Shown here one piece after another: positions 55,296 through 63,915 of a DNA stretch of 64,000 nt. The first letter of the stretch is position 1. The number at the start of each line of letters is the position of its first letter. Made by a program: the position numbers and the translations under genes. Below the pieces are notes generated by a model. It did no database searches and was not told where the DNA came from. It saw nothing but the letters and a program-made list of their open reading frames with translations. The DNA lies in contig JBBIUB010000001.1 in assembly GCA_037440465.1 (NCBI GenBank), forward strand, positions 92,415-156,414, read 5' to 3'. The DNA comes from Coprothermobacterota bacterium. GTDB taxonomy: Bacteria; Coprothermobacterota; HKB111.

Positions 55296-55750
55296 GCCTC
55301 TTCCCTCTCTTTTACAATATCAATTAACTTCGGTTCCTGTGCAGAATGAGGATGCAAAGGACCCGAATAAACTTTAAGCCTTTTATACATCTTCCTACCA
55401 AGTGTTGTTTTTGGAAGCATAAGGCGCACTGCTTTTTCTAAAACCCTCTCAGGGAAATTTTCTAATACCTTGGAAAGAGGGGTCGCTTTTAAACCCCCCT
55501 GGTAACCAGAATAGTGGTAGTATTTCTTTTGAGCCAACTTCTTTCCGGTTATTTTTATATCTTTAGCATTGATAACTATAACAAAACTACCCATATCAAC
55601 ATGCGGTGTAAACTCTACTTTATTCTTTCCCTGAAGATAGCGACTAATTTGAGATGCCAGCCTTCCAAGAATCTTACCCTTAGCATCAACAAGATGCCAG
55701 TCTCTTTTTACCTCTTTAATATTTATAAACCTTGTTTTAGTAGTTTCCAT
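55292..55750 (-). CDS. rplM: 50S ribosomal protein L13
   Basis: 152 aa. WHLVDAKGKILGRLAS...NAKDIKITGKK...YYHYSGYQGG. Confidence 0.95.
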   Translation of the reverse strand: METTKTRFINIKEVKRDWHLVDAKGKILGRLASQISRYLQGKNKVEFTPHVDMGSFVIVINAKDIKITGKKLAQKKYYHYSGYQGGLKATPLSKVLENFPERVLEKAVRLMLPKTTLGRKMYKRLKVYSGPLHPHSAQEPKLIDIVKEREEA

Positions 55751-55792
55751 TTCTTAAATGGTCTTATGCCTCCTTAAAAATAACTAAAAAAC

Positions 55793-55821
55793 ATTCTAAA
55801 ACAAACCCCTCTCTTTGTCAA
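55793..55821 (-). promoter_or_regulatory. Sigma-70-type promoter candidate for rplM-rpsI
   Basis: Minus strand: TTGACA (55816-55821), 17-nt spacer, TAGAAT (55793-55798). AAGGAGG lies between it and the ATG at 55750. Confidence 0.55.
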
Positions 55822-56137
55822 GCACGGTGTTTGTTCTCAAATAATTATTAAATATAATATTTATCATAATAATTATACACTATCTTCTCATTAAGGGTAC
55901 ATATTTTACTTACCTATATCGGATAGGATATCTATTCCCGTCAAACTGAATTTATTTTATGAGACCCTGAAACAATCCTGAATAGATTTTAGGACAGGGC
56001 CCAAGGTGACCCCCCACCCCACTCTCCCTCTACGAAGGGGAGGATTAAGGAGGGGGTGACAAAACTGAAATGCTTTTCAGCTTTTTCAAATAAAAACTCC
56101 TCTTTTGAATTTTACTTAATATGGATTATAAAAAGTC

Positions 56138-56166
56138 TTGACATTTATAAATATTATTATTATAAT
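56138..56166 (+). promoter_or_regulatory. Consensus sigma-70 promoter of the KAS III-like operon
   Basis: Perfect TTGACA (56138-56143), 17-nt spacer, perfect TATAAT (56161-56166). AGGAG at 56191-56195, ATG at 56201. Confidence 0.65.
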
Positions 56167-56200
56167 GTGAAAGGTGAATCAGGTATAAAAAGGAGTGCTT

Positions 56201-57199
56201 ATGGAAAACAAAAGGACGTCGAGAATTATAGGAACAGGTCTACATGTACCAGAAAAGGTTTTAACAAACCAATATTTTAATGATTTCTTTAAGGAAGATG
56301 TTGGTTCATGGCTTGAAGGTGTTGTAGGTCAAAAGGAAAGGCATGTCCTTGGAGATAATGAATCGGTGGTAGATATTGCTGTTCCTGCAGCTATTATGGC
56401 TATTGAAGAAGGTAAAATCAAGCCCGAAGACATAGACATTATCATTGTTTCTTCTGATACTCATGAATACATTTCACCACCAACATCCTTTGTTGTACAA
56501 AATAAATTGGGTGCTAAAAATGCAGCAGTATTTGATTTAAACGCCTCATGCGCCTCATTTGTAACAGCTCTTGTAACAGCAGATAAATGGCTTAAAGATG
56601 AGGAAAGTTTTAAATATGTATTAGTTATTGGTGAATATGGAATGACAAAATATCTAAACTGGAATGATAAATACACTGCTACCCTCTTTGCTGATGGTGC
56701 AGGAGCTTTTCTTCTTAAAGCAGAAAATGATGAAGAAGAAGGAGTAATAGACTCCGTATTTATAGCTGATGGAAGTTATTATGATTATATTGGGGTCTTC
56801 GGTGGAGGAACAAGGTTCCCCTTAAGAGAAGAAACTATTCAACAGGGTTTACATCAATTGAGAATAATGAAAAGGTATCCACCCGACATTAACTCCAGGA
56901 ACTGGCCAATTCTTATAGAAAATCTCCTCCAAAAAGTTGGAAAAGAAGTTACAGACATAGACATGATTTTCTTTACTCAAATTAATCTTGGTACAATTAA
57001 AGAGGTAATGACTAATCTAAATATTCCAATAGAGAAAACCCACTGGATAATGGATAAATACGGCTACACCGGTTCTGCTTGTATACCTATGGCTGTTCAT
57101 GATGCCCGATTAAATAATAAATTAAAAAAAGGAGATTTCGTGGTAATGATAGCCTCTGGAGCAGGCTTTGCTATGGGAGCTATAGCACTAAAATGGTAA
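56201..57199 (+). CDS. KAS III (FabH)-like thiolase-superfamily protein, paralog 1, non-canonical active site
   Basis: Aligns by eye along E. coli FabH: IIGTG start, FDLNASCASF (Cys112 equivalent kept), FADGAGA, but FFTQINLG (His244 to Thr) and GYTGSACIP (Asn274 to Tyr). ATG at 56201 preferred over GTG at 56195. Confidence 0.8.
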   Translation: MENKRTSRIIGTGLHVPEKVLTNQYFNDFFKEDVGSWLEGVVGQKERHVLGDNESVVDIAVPAAIMAIEEGKIKPEDIDIIIVSSDTHEYISPPTSFVVQNKLGAKNAAVFDLNASCASFVTALVTADKWLKDEESFKYVLVIGEYGMTKYLNWNDKYTATLFADGAGAFLLKAENDEEEGVIDSVFIADGSYYDYIGVFGGGTRFPLREETIQQGLHQLRIMKRYPPDINSRNWPILIENLLQKVGKEVTDIDMIFFTQINLGTIKEVMTNLNIPIEKTHWIMDKYGYTGSACIPMAVHDARLNNKLKKGDFVVMIASGAGFAMGAIALKW

Positions 57200-57244
57200 T
57201 TTATATTAATCAAAACCAGTTTAGTAGAGGAGATTTTAAATAAT

Positions 57245-58228
57245 ATGCGGTCGGTAAAAATAAGTTCTACTGGAATATATTCACCTTCCAGAACTATGTT
57301 CACTGAAGAAATAAATGAATTAGTTGGTGAGGATATAACTTACTGGGCGGTAGAGAAGATGGGCTTAAAAGTAAAAAAAATCTCAGAACCCGATGAAGCA
57401 GCCTCAGATTTAGCAGTAAAAGCAAGTATTGAAGCTATTAATAAAGCAGGAATAAAACCAGAAGACCTTGATCTTCTGATAGTAGCAACAGATACCCCTG
57501 ACTATTTTTCCCCTGCTACATCTTCAATTGTTCAATGTAAATTAGGTGCTAAAAATGCAGGTACTTTTGATGTCAATTGTGCTTGCGCTGGCTTGGTTAC
57601 GGCATTGGATATAGCTACTAAATATATCCTTACGGATAGTTCTTTTAAAAAGGTTCTTATAGTTGGTACTTACGCTATGACTAAGTTTCTCAATTGGAAA
57701 GATAAAGTAACAGCTCCTATTTTTTCAGACGGCGCAGGAGCAATTATACTGGAAGAAACAGATAATGGTCCTGGATTCCTGACCTCTAAACTAATTGCAG
57801 ATGGTTGTTTCTATGACTATTTAGGTGTTTACCTCGGCTCAGGAGCAGTACCCACACCTGAATACATAGAAAAAGGGTTACATTTCGTCAGATATAACAA
57901 AAGATATCCTGATGTAAATTCAGAAAATTGGCCAAGCTTGGTGCGAGATACGCTCAAAAAGGTAAATCTTACTTCTCAAGATATTGACATGATAATCTTC
58001 ACTCAAGTCCGTAAATTTACCATAGAAGAAGTAATGGAAAAACTCAATCTCCCTCTTTCTAAAACATACATGGTTATGCACAAATATGGGTACACAGGCT
58101 CCGCCTGTATCCCTATGGCTTTGAATGATGCCCTTGAAGAAAGGAAAATAAAAAAGGGAGACCTTGTAGTTTTTTGCTCATCAGGAGGTGGGTATGCGAT
58201 GGCAGCATACGCCATGAGATGGGTTTAA
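57245..58228 (+). CDS. KAS III (FabH)-like thiolase-superfamily protein, paralog 2, non-canonical active site
   Basis: 327 aa, clearly paralogous to the preceding gene. FDVNCACAGL (Cys kept), IFTQVRKF (His to Thr, QAN Asn to Arg) and GYTGSACIP (Asn to Tyr). Confidence 0.8.
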   Translation: MRSVKISSTGIYSPSRTMFTEEINELVGEDITYWAVEKMGLKVKKISEPDEAASDLAVKASIEAINKAGIKPEDLDLLIVATDTPDYFSPATSSIVQCKLGAKNAGTFDVNCACAGLVTALDIATKYILTDSSFKKVLIVGTYAMTKFLNWKDKVTAPIFSDGAGAIILEETDNGPGFLTSKLIADGCFYDYLGVYLGSGAVPTPEYIEKGLHFVRYNKRYPDVNSENWPSLVRDTLKKVNLTSQDIDMIIFTQVRKFTIEEVMEKLNLPLSKTYMVMHKYGYTGSACIPMALNDALEERKIKKGDLVVFCSSGGGYAMAAYAMRWV

Positions 58229-58248
58229 AAATAAAAGGAGGTACGACC

Positions 58249-59016
58249 ATGCCATATTTACCATTTAAGAACGGAAATTTATACTATGAAGAATCAGGAG
58301 AAGGCGATAGGAAACTCCTCTTTGTGCATGGAAACATCGCTTCTCTTAATTACTGGAGAAAATTAAGACCTTATTTACCAACTAAGATAAAGTGTTTTTT
58401 CCTCGACCTTCCCGGATATGGTAAATCTGATAATATTTCGCCATATAACCTTGAATCCTTTGCTGATTCAATTATCTATTTTGCTGAAAAATTAGAGCTC
58501 AAAACCTTTACCTATGTTGGACATTCCACCGGGGGGCTTATAGGTATAATATCTACCTTAAAAGGTGCTCCAATAGCAAAACTTATCCTTATATCTACCG
58601 TTCCTGCAAGTGGATATCCTCTTACAGAAGATTCCAGAGCTGCTTTTACCTTTCTTATGACTAATAGGGACTTCCTCGAGCAGACCTTAAGGAACCATGT
58701 ATTTCCTAGCATCTCAGATGAAAACTTAGCACTTGAACTTATTCAAGATGCAGTAAGAGCCATTCCCCAGGGTTACACCGATGTTCCAGAAAGCCTGGGT
58801 GAAACAAATGTCCTTAAGGAGGCTAAAGAACTAAAGATTCCCATCCTTTTTATCCATGGGACAGAAGATAAAGTCATTCCACTTGATTGGGCAAGAGAAA
58901 CTTTTGACACAATAAATGGGAAGGTAATTATTCTGAAAGGTGCCGGTCACACACCTCAGATTTCTTTCCCACAGGAAGTAGCAACACATATAGTGAACTT
59001 TGTAAAGGAGAATTAA
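58249..59016 (+). CDS. Alpha/beta-fold hydrolase
   Basis: LLFVHG oxyanion region, nucleophile elbow GHSTGG, and C-terminal GAGHTPQ (catalytic His). ATG at 58249 lies 8 nt after AAGGAGG; the ORF-track start at 58174 overlaps the previous gene. Confidence 0.8.
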   Translation: MPYLPFKNGNLYYEESGEGDRKLLFVHGNIASLNYWRKLRPYLPTKIKCFFLDLPGYGKSDNISPYNLESFADSIIYFAEKLELKTFTYVGHSTGGLIGIISTLKGAPIAKLILISTVPASGYPLTEDSRAAFTFLMTNRDFLEQTLRNHVFPSISDENLALELIQDAVRAIPQGYTDVPESLGETNVLKEAKELKIPILFIHGTEDKVIPLDWARETFDTINGKVIILKGAGHTPQISFPQEVATHIVNFVKEN

Positions 59017-59018
59017 AT

Positions 59019-59762
59019 ATGGGAAAGTTTGAAAACAAAATAAGTATTGTTACAGGTGGTGGAAGAGGAATTGGTAAAGAGATATGCCTATCTTTTGCTA
59101 CAGAAGGAGCTAAGATAGTCATCTGGGATATAGACCAAGAAAGAGCACAGGAGGTTAAAGGTCGGTGTGAAGCACTGGGCATAGAAGTCCTGGTTCAACG
59201 GGTTGATGTAACCAATAGAAACCAGATTAAAAATGCAGTTGATGAAGTTATTGGCAAGTGGGGTAGAATAGATATTCTTGTTAATAATGCAGGCATAACC
59301 CGAGATGCTTATCTTTCAAAAATGTCAGAAGAAGATTTCGATATGGTTATAAACATTAATCTTAAGGGCGTATTTAACTGTACTCAATTAGTTGTTCCTC
59401 ATATGATGACCCAAAACTACGGAAATATAATATGTATCTCCTCTATAGTAGGTAGAGATGGAAATATCGGGCAAACCAACTATGCTGCTTCCAAAGCTGG
59501 AGTAATAGGTATGGTCAAGACCTGGGGTAAAGAACTCGCCAGGTTTAACATTAGAGCCAATGCTATTGCTCCTGGCTTTATCGCTACAGAAATGACCCAA
59601 AAAGTTCCAGAGAAGGTCATTGAGATGGTAAAGGAAAAAACACCCTTGAAACGCCTGGGAACACCGCAAGAAATAGGAAGACTGGCTGTTTTCCTCGCCT
59701 CTGAAGAATCCTCCTTCATCACCGGCCAGGTCATAAGTGTTGATGGAGGTCTTGTCCTCTAA
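59019..59762 (+). CDS. Short-chain dehydrogenase/reductase, FabG (3-oxoacyl reductase)-like
   Basis: 247 aa. TGGGRGIG, NNAG and S...YAASKAG catalytic set, with PGFIATEM. Confidence 0.85.
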   Translation: MGKFENKISIVTGGGRGIGKEICLSFATEGAKIVIWDIDQERAQEVKGRCEALGIEVLVQRVDVTNRNQIKNAVDEVIGKWGRIDILVNNAGITRDAYLSKMSEEDFDMVININLKGVFNCTQLVVPHMMTQNYGNIICISSIVGRDGNIGQTNYAASKAGVIGMVKTWGKELARFNIRANAIAPGFIATEMTQKVPEKVIEMVKEKTPLKRLGTPQEIGRLAVFLASEESSFITGQVISVDGGLVL

Positions 59763-59776
59763 TTAAGGGTGATGAG

Positions 59777-61000
59777 TTGAGTAAAAGAGAACCAAGAACT
59801 TCCAAGGGAATTAGAGCAAAAGATCTGCTCATTGAAAAAGCTGAAGAATTATTTTACCAGAAAGGCTATTTTCAGACTTCTATCCCAGCCATAGTTAAAG
59901 AAGCTCGTCTAAGTGTACCTTCTTTTTATCAATATTTTAAAAATAAGGAAGATGTTCTACTGGAGATTGTCTCAGTCCTATCTAAAGAGTTCCTGGGTGA
60001 ATTACGGAAATCCCTGGAAAATACTGATAATACAGAAATTGCCATTCATAATTTCTATAAAACATTTCTTACCTTCCTTTATAACAACAAGAAGAAGTAT
60101 AAAATCTTCAGAGAAACAGAGTTTGCAGGCTACTCTTTCGTGAAGGATTTCTATATCCACCTAACAGACTTAGTAAAGGAATTTCTTTATAAAGATATTC
60201 CTTCAGACAAATTAAAAGATGACTTATCATATACCCTGATTGGTTCTGCATATTTCGTTGCTTTAAAAAAGATTGACTGGGAGAGCTCCTCAAACATAGA
60301 TTTTCTTGCTGATAATCTTATTCAATTCTTTCTAAAAGGCATTGATAAAAAAAGAAACTATGTTTTTTCACCTGCCTGGAAGGAAAGAATAGAAATAACC
60401 TCTCAAGAACAAGTACTAACAAGGGGAGAGCGTACTCAGAAAGATATCCTAAAAGCTGCAGAAAAGCTTTTTGGAAATAAAGGTTTCTGGGAAACTCATA
60501 TCTCTGATATAACTAACGATATTGATATTGGTCAAGGTACTTTCTACCTATATTTTGACTCTAAGATTGAACTCTTGAGCAAATTAGTAAAAGAAATTAA
60601 TAGAGGGTTAAGATATACGGTTTACCAGTATATAAAAGAAGCCAGTGATAGGCGAGAGATAGAAGTTAAAGGTTTAGTAGCTTTCTCAGATTACATAATA
60701 GAACACAAAAACGCTTACCGTGTGGTACGAGAAGCTGAATTCGTTGATAGGGAAATAGGTAAATGGTATTACAACCGGGTTGTAGAGCCTTACGCTATCA
60801 AACTTAAAGAAGCCATTGAAAAAGGAGAAGTTTCCAGTATTGACCCTGAGATATTAGCACTGGCTATTATAGGAGTTGGTCATTTTCTGGGATTACGTTG
60901 GGTAGTCTGGAACAACGATAATAATAAAGGAATACCCTCTGAATCTCTTTACAATACTCTAAAGATTATTTTATGGGGAGCAAAAAATGAAAAGAATTGA
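59777..61000 (+). CDS. Tandem-duplicated (single-chain double) TetR-family regulator
   Basis: 407 aa with two TetR_N HTH units: res ~14-60 (RAKDLLIEKAEELFYQKGYFQTSIPAIVKEARLSVPSFYQYFKNKEDVL) and ~218-265 (TQKDILKAAEKLFGNKGFWETHISDITNDIDIGQGTFYLYFDSKIELL). FRETEF / VREAEF repeat in each half. TTG start. Confidence 0.8.
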   Translation: MSKREPRTSKGIRAKDLLIEKAEELFYQKGYFQTSIPAIVKEARLSVPSFYQYFKNKEDVLLEIVSVLSKEFLGELRKSLENTDNTEIAIHNFYKTFLTFLYNNKKKYKIFRETEFAGYSFVKDFYIHLTDLVKEFLYKDIPSDKLKDDLSYTLIGSAYFVALKKIDWESSSNIDFLADNLIQFFLKGIDKKRNYVFSPAWKERIEITSQEQVLTRGERTQKDILKAAEKLFGNKGFWETHISDITNDIDIGQGTFYLYFDSKIELLSKLVKEINRGLRYTVYQYIKEASDRREIEVKGLVAFSDYIIEHKNAYRVVREAEFVDREIGKWYYNRVVEPYAIKLKEAIEKGEVSSIDPEILALAIIGVGHFLGLRWVVWNNDNNKGIPSESLYNTLKIILWGAKNEKN

Positions 61001-62270
61001 TATAGATGATCTTTTGAGGATTATCCCACCTAAAGCAAGTATCGTTGTAGGAATGGTTGCTGCTCAACCAAAAGAATTTCTTTTTAACCTTCACAGGAAA
61101 CAAGATGTAGAACTTATTACAGTGACTTTAGCTCTACCACTTGAGGCATATGAATTTTTTTCAAATCCTCTATATAAGGACAAATTTCTACTGGAAGCCT
61201 GGTATCATGGTCCTTTTGCCAGGAAGGCGTATGAGTTAGGAACTGTCACTTTTGTCCCCAATCAACTTAACAAAGCAGGTATTGATAGACAAGAAGTAAA
61301 TCCGCCAGATGTTATAGTTCTTACTTCGCCACCCATTGATCAATATGGATACTTTAACCTTTCTCTCTCTGTAACTTATGAAAAATACCTGGCTCTTCAA
61401 AAGAAAAAAGGAGCCATGGTTGTCATTGAAATCAATAAAAATCTTCCAAGAGTACTGGGAGATACATTTCTTCCCCATAGTTATGTTGATTACTATTATG
61501 AGACGGACATGCCCTTATTTTCACTTGAAGAACAGAAAACCCAGAGAGAGGAAGAAAAAATTGGCCATTTAATTTCAGAGTTAGTTGAAGATGGCTCAAC
61601 TATTCAATTGGGAATAGGAGGCATTCCAAATACAGTTGCCTATCTTTTAGAAAAAAAAGAAGACCTCGGTGTTCATACCGAGATGATAACAGAAAGTATG
61701 GCTTATCTTTACAGAAAGGGGGTGATTAACGGAAGAAAGAAGAGTTTTTATCCTGCTACTATGGTAGGAACTTTTATTTATGGTTCAGCAAAGCTCTACG
61801 AATTTGCTCATGAAAACCCTGCTGTCACACTTTTACCCGGACATATAACCAATGATCCATACGTTATAGGGCAACAACACAAGATGGTTTCAATAAATAC
61901 AGCTCTTATGATAGATTTAAATGGTCAGGTATGCTCAGAAAGTATTGGTCTTGAGCAGATAACAGGTACAGGTGGTCAGGTAAATTTCCACACAGGTGCT
62001 CAGTTCTCTCGTGGAGGAAAAGGGATTTTAGCCATAAAATCAACAGCTCGAAATGGTGAATTGTCCTCTATAGTACCTGTACTACCTCTCGGTTCAACAG
62101 TGACCCTATCTCGTAACGATGTAGATTACATAGTAACTGAATATGGTGTTGGAAGGTTAAAAGGTAGAAGTGTAAAGGAAAGAGTAGAAATATTAATTTC
62201 TATCGCTCACCCGAAGTTCAAAGATTACCTTCGGGAAGAAGCAAAAAGACTAAAAATCTATAATTGGTAG
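60987..62270 (+). CDS. Acetyl-CoA hydrolase/transferase-family CoA-transferase (4-hydroxybutyrate CoA-transferase-like)
   Basis: 427 aa. LGIGGIPN, HTEMITE, INTALMIDLNGQVCSE and ITGTGGQVNF blocks. 14-nt overlap with the TetR gene. Confidence 0.75.
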   Translation: MKRIDIDDLLRIIPPKASIVVGMVAAQPKEFLFNLHRKQDVELITVTLALPLEAYEFFSNPLYKDKFLLEAWYHGPFARKAYELGTVTFVPNQLNKAGIDRQEVNPPDVIVLTSPPIDQYGYFNLSLSVTYEKYLALQKKKGAMVVIEINKNLPRVLGDTFLPHSYVDYYYETDMPLFSLEEQKTQREEEKIGHLISELVEDGSTIQLGIGGIPNTVAYLLEKKEDLGVHTEMITESMAYLYRKGVINGRKKSFYPATMVGTFIYGSAKLYEFAHENPAVTLLPGHITNDPYVIGQQHKMVSINTALMIDLNGQVCSESIGLEQITGTGGQVNFHTGAQFSRGGKGILAIKSTARNGELSSIVPVLPLGSTVTLSRNDVDYIVTEYGVGRLKGRSVKERVEILISIAHPKFKDYLREEAKRLKIYNW

Positions 62271-62279
62271 GAGGAGAAT

Positions 62280-63845
62280 GTGAAAAAAATTATCAGTATG
62301 TTATTAGTGTTAAGTATTTTTGCATGGGGCGCTCCTCAATCGATCGCTCAAACTGAAGGAGATGGTTTGCTTTTGGTTTTGCAGGTAGGATCAACATCTT
62401 ACTTTAAAAACGGAACTAAACTTGAAATTGATGTAAAACCAGAAATTCTTAAAGGAAGAACCTTCGTACCTATTAGATTTGTGAGTGAAGCCATGGGAGC
62501 TAAGGTTACATGGGTTGAAGCTACTAAAACTGTTATAGTATCCACTGATAAAACCACTATTACCTTAAAAGTGGGCAGCATAGAAGCTCTAATAGATGGC
62601 AAGAAACATACTTTAGAAGCCGCTCCTTACATTAAAACCGGCAGAACTATGGCACCAGTAAGGTTAGTTAGCGAAGGATTAGGTCTTAATGTTTACTGGG
62701 AAGGTAAAGCCAAGCAGATTTTCCTTAGAGGAAAACCAATGGTAACAGTTCCTGGAATTTCTGACAATGAGATTAAAATTGGTTCATTTATTGCCCTCAC
62801 AGGAGTTCTGGCTTTTATAGGAGTACCTTACTATCAGGGGTTTCAATCATACCTCAATATGGTGAATGACGAGGGCGGAATCAATGGAAGAAAAATTAAT
62901 CTTATTGTGGAAGATGACCGTTTTGACCCTGCAAGAACCGTAATTGGAGTTAGAAAACTTGTTGAAGAAGATAAAGTCTTCGCTATTGTTGGTGGACTTG
63001 GAACTCCAGGTAGCCTTGCAGTTATGGATTATCTGAATAAAGGCAAGGTTCCTTTTGTATATCAAGCATCTGGTGTCTCTGTACTATCTATTCCTGCTAA
63101 GCGTTATATATTCTCTGTTCAGCCAAATTACTATAATGAAGGTCAGATATTCGTAAGATACATTGTAGGAGAATTGAAACAAAAAAAGATTGCTGTACTT
63201 TACCAGAATGATGACGCTGGTAGAGAAGGCTTATTCGGAGTTAATACTGGAATAAGGAGATTTGGAGGAAACCTTGTTGCTGACCTCCCCTTCCCTGGTA
63301 CAGAAACAGACTTTACTCCATATCTTTTAAGAGTTAAAGCCAGCGGCGCAGAATCCCTGATAGTCTATACTCTCAGTGCAGGCATTGGTGGTACGATCGT
63401 TAAAGCGGCAAAGGCTTTGGGGCTTACTCAAAAAATATTCCTGCCATATCCACATGCTGGAATTATCGCTGCGGCTGGTGATGCCTCAGAAGATGTGTAT
63501 GTAACTGGTTGGGTTGATTTTTCAGATGCAAAAGATCCAGGTGTCATTAAATTTTGGGAAACTTGGCTTAAGTACTATCCTAAAGGTGACCCCCTACTTT
63601 TTGCTTATGCAGTAGCTGGTTTTGTTGCTGGTGAAGTATTTGTGGAATCACTAAAAAGACTTGGACCTTATCCAAGCCGTGAAGCACTAATCTGGGCGCT
63701 TGAAGCCTTTAAGGGATGGGATGGTTATCTTGTTAAAGACCTTAGCTACGGACCTAAAGAAAGATCAGGTAAATACTCCATGTTCTTTATGCAGGTTCAG
63801 AAAAAGGAGCTTAAGAAAGTTAGCAGCTGGATTTCTGTTTTCTAA
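62280..63845 (+). CDS. LIV-type ABC substrate-binding protein fused to an N-terminal copper-amine-oxidase-N-like (Cu_amine_oxidN1) domain
   Basis: Signal peptide ...APQSIAQ. Residues ~30-150 show the two-fold LKGRTFVPIRFVSEAMGAKVTW / KTGRTMAPVRLVSEGLGLNVYW pattern. The rest is Peripla_BP_6-like (IKIGSFIALTG...GGINGRKINL...VFAIVGGLG). GTG start after GGAGGAG. Confidence 0.8.
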   Translation: MKKIISMLLVLSIFAWGAPQSIAQTEGDGLLLVLQVGSTSYFKNGTKLEIDVKPEILKGRTFVPIRFVSEAMGAKVTWVEATKTVIVSTDKTTITLKVGSIEALIDGKKHTLEAAPYIKTGRTMAPVRLVSEGLGLNVYWEGKAKQIFLRGKPMVTVPGISDNEIKIGSFIALTGVLAFIGVPYYQGFQSYLNMVNDEGGINGRKINLIVEDDRFDPARTVIGVRKLVEEDKVFAIVGGLGTPGSLAVMDYLNKGKVPFVYQASGVSVLSIPAKRYIFSVQPNYYNEGQIFVRYIVGELKQKKIAVLYQNDDAGREGLFGVNTGIRRFGGNLVADLPFPGTETDFTPYLLRVKASGAESLIVYTLSAGIGGTIVKAAKALGLTQKIFLPYPHAGIIAAAGDASEDVYVTGWVDFSDAKDPGVIKFWETWLKYYPKGDPLLFAYAVAGFVAGEVFVESLKRLGPYPSREALIWALEAFKGWDGYLVKDLSYGPKERSGKYSMFFMQVQKKELKKVSSWISVF

Positions 63846-63861
63846 ATAAAGAACCTGTAAC

Positions 63862-63890
63862 GAGGTGGGGGTAAAACCAACCCCCACCTC
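63862..63890 (+). terminator. Intrinsic terminator/attenuator hairpin after the fused SBP gene
   Basis: 11-bp stem GAGGTGGGGGT (63862-63872) / ACCCCCACCTC (63880-63890), 7-nt loop. The downstream T-tract is weak (AATTATC). Confidence 0.5.
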
Positions 63891-63915
63891 AATTATCTAA
63901 GAAAGGGGAGAAGAG

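Noticed and set aside
55955-56005. Weak resemblance to a TPP riboswitch core (ugagaCCCUGAAACAAUCCUGAAUAGA...AGGACAGGG versus CUGAGA...ACCC...GAACCUGAUCUGGAUAAUGCCAGCG...AGGGA).
   Set aside because: The P4/P5 hairpin (CUGG..AUAAU..CCAG) has no counterpart, the P1/P2 pairing cannot be drawn, and no thiamine-related gene is downstream. It is most likely coincidence in AT-rich sequence.
56056-56280. A 74-aa ORF (GTG start) beginning right after AAGGAGGGGG and running through the consensus promoter into the first KAS III-like gene.
   Set aside because: The SD-to-start spacing is about 2 nt, the product is low-complexity (YYYY, K/N-rich, reflecting AT-rich DNA), and it overlaps both a perfect promoter and the real CDS in another frame.
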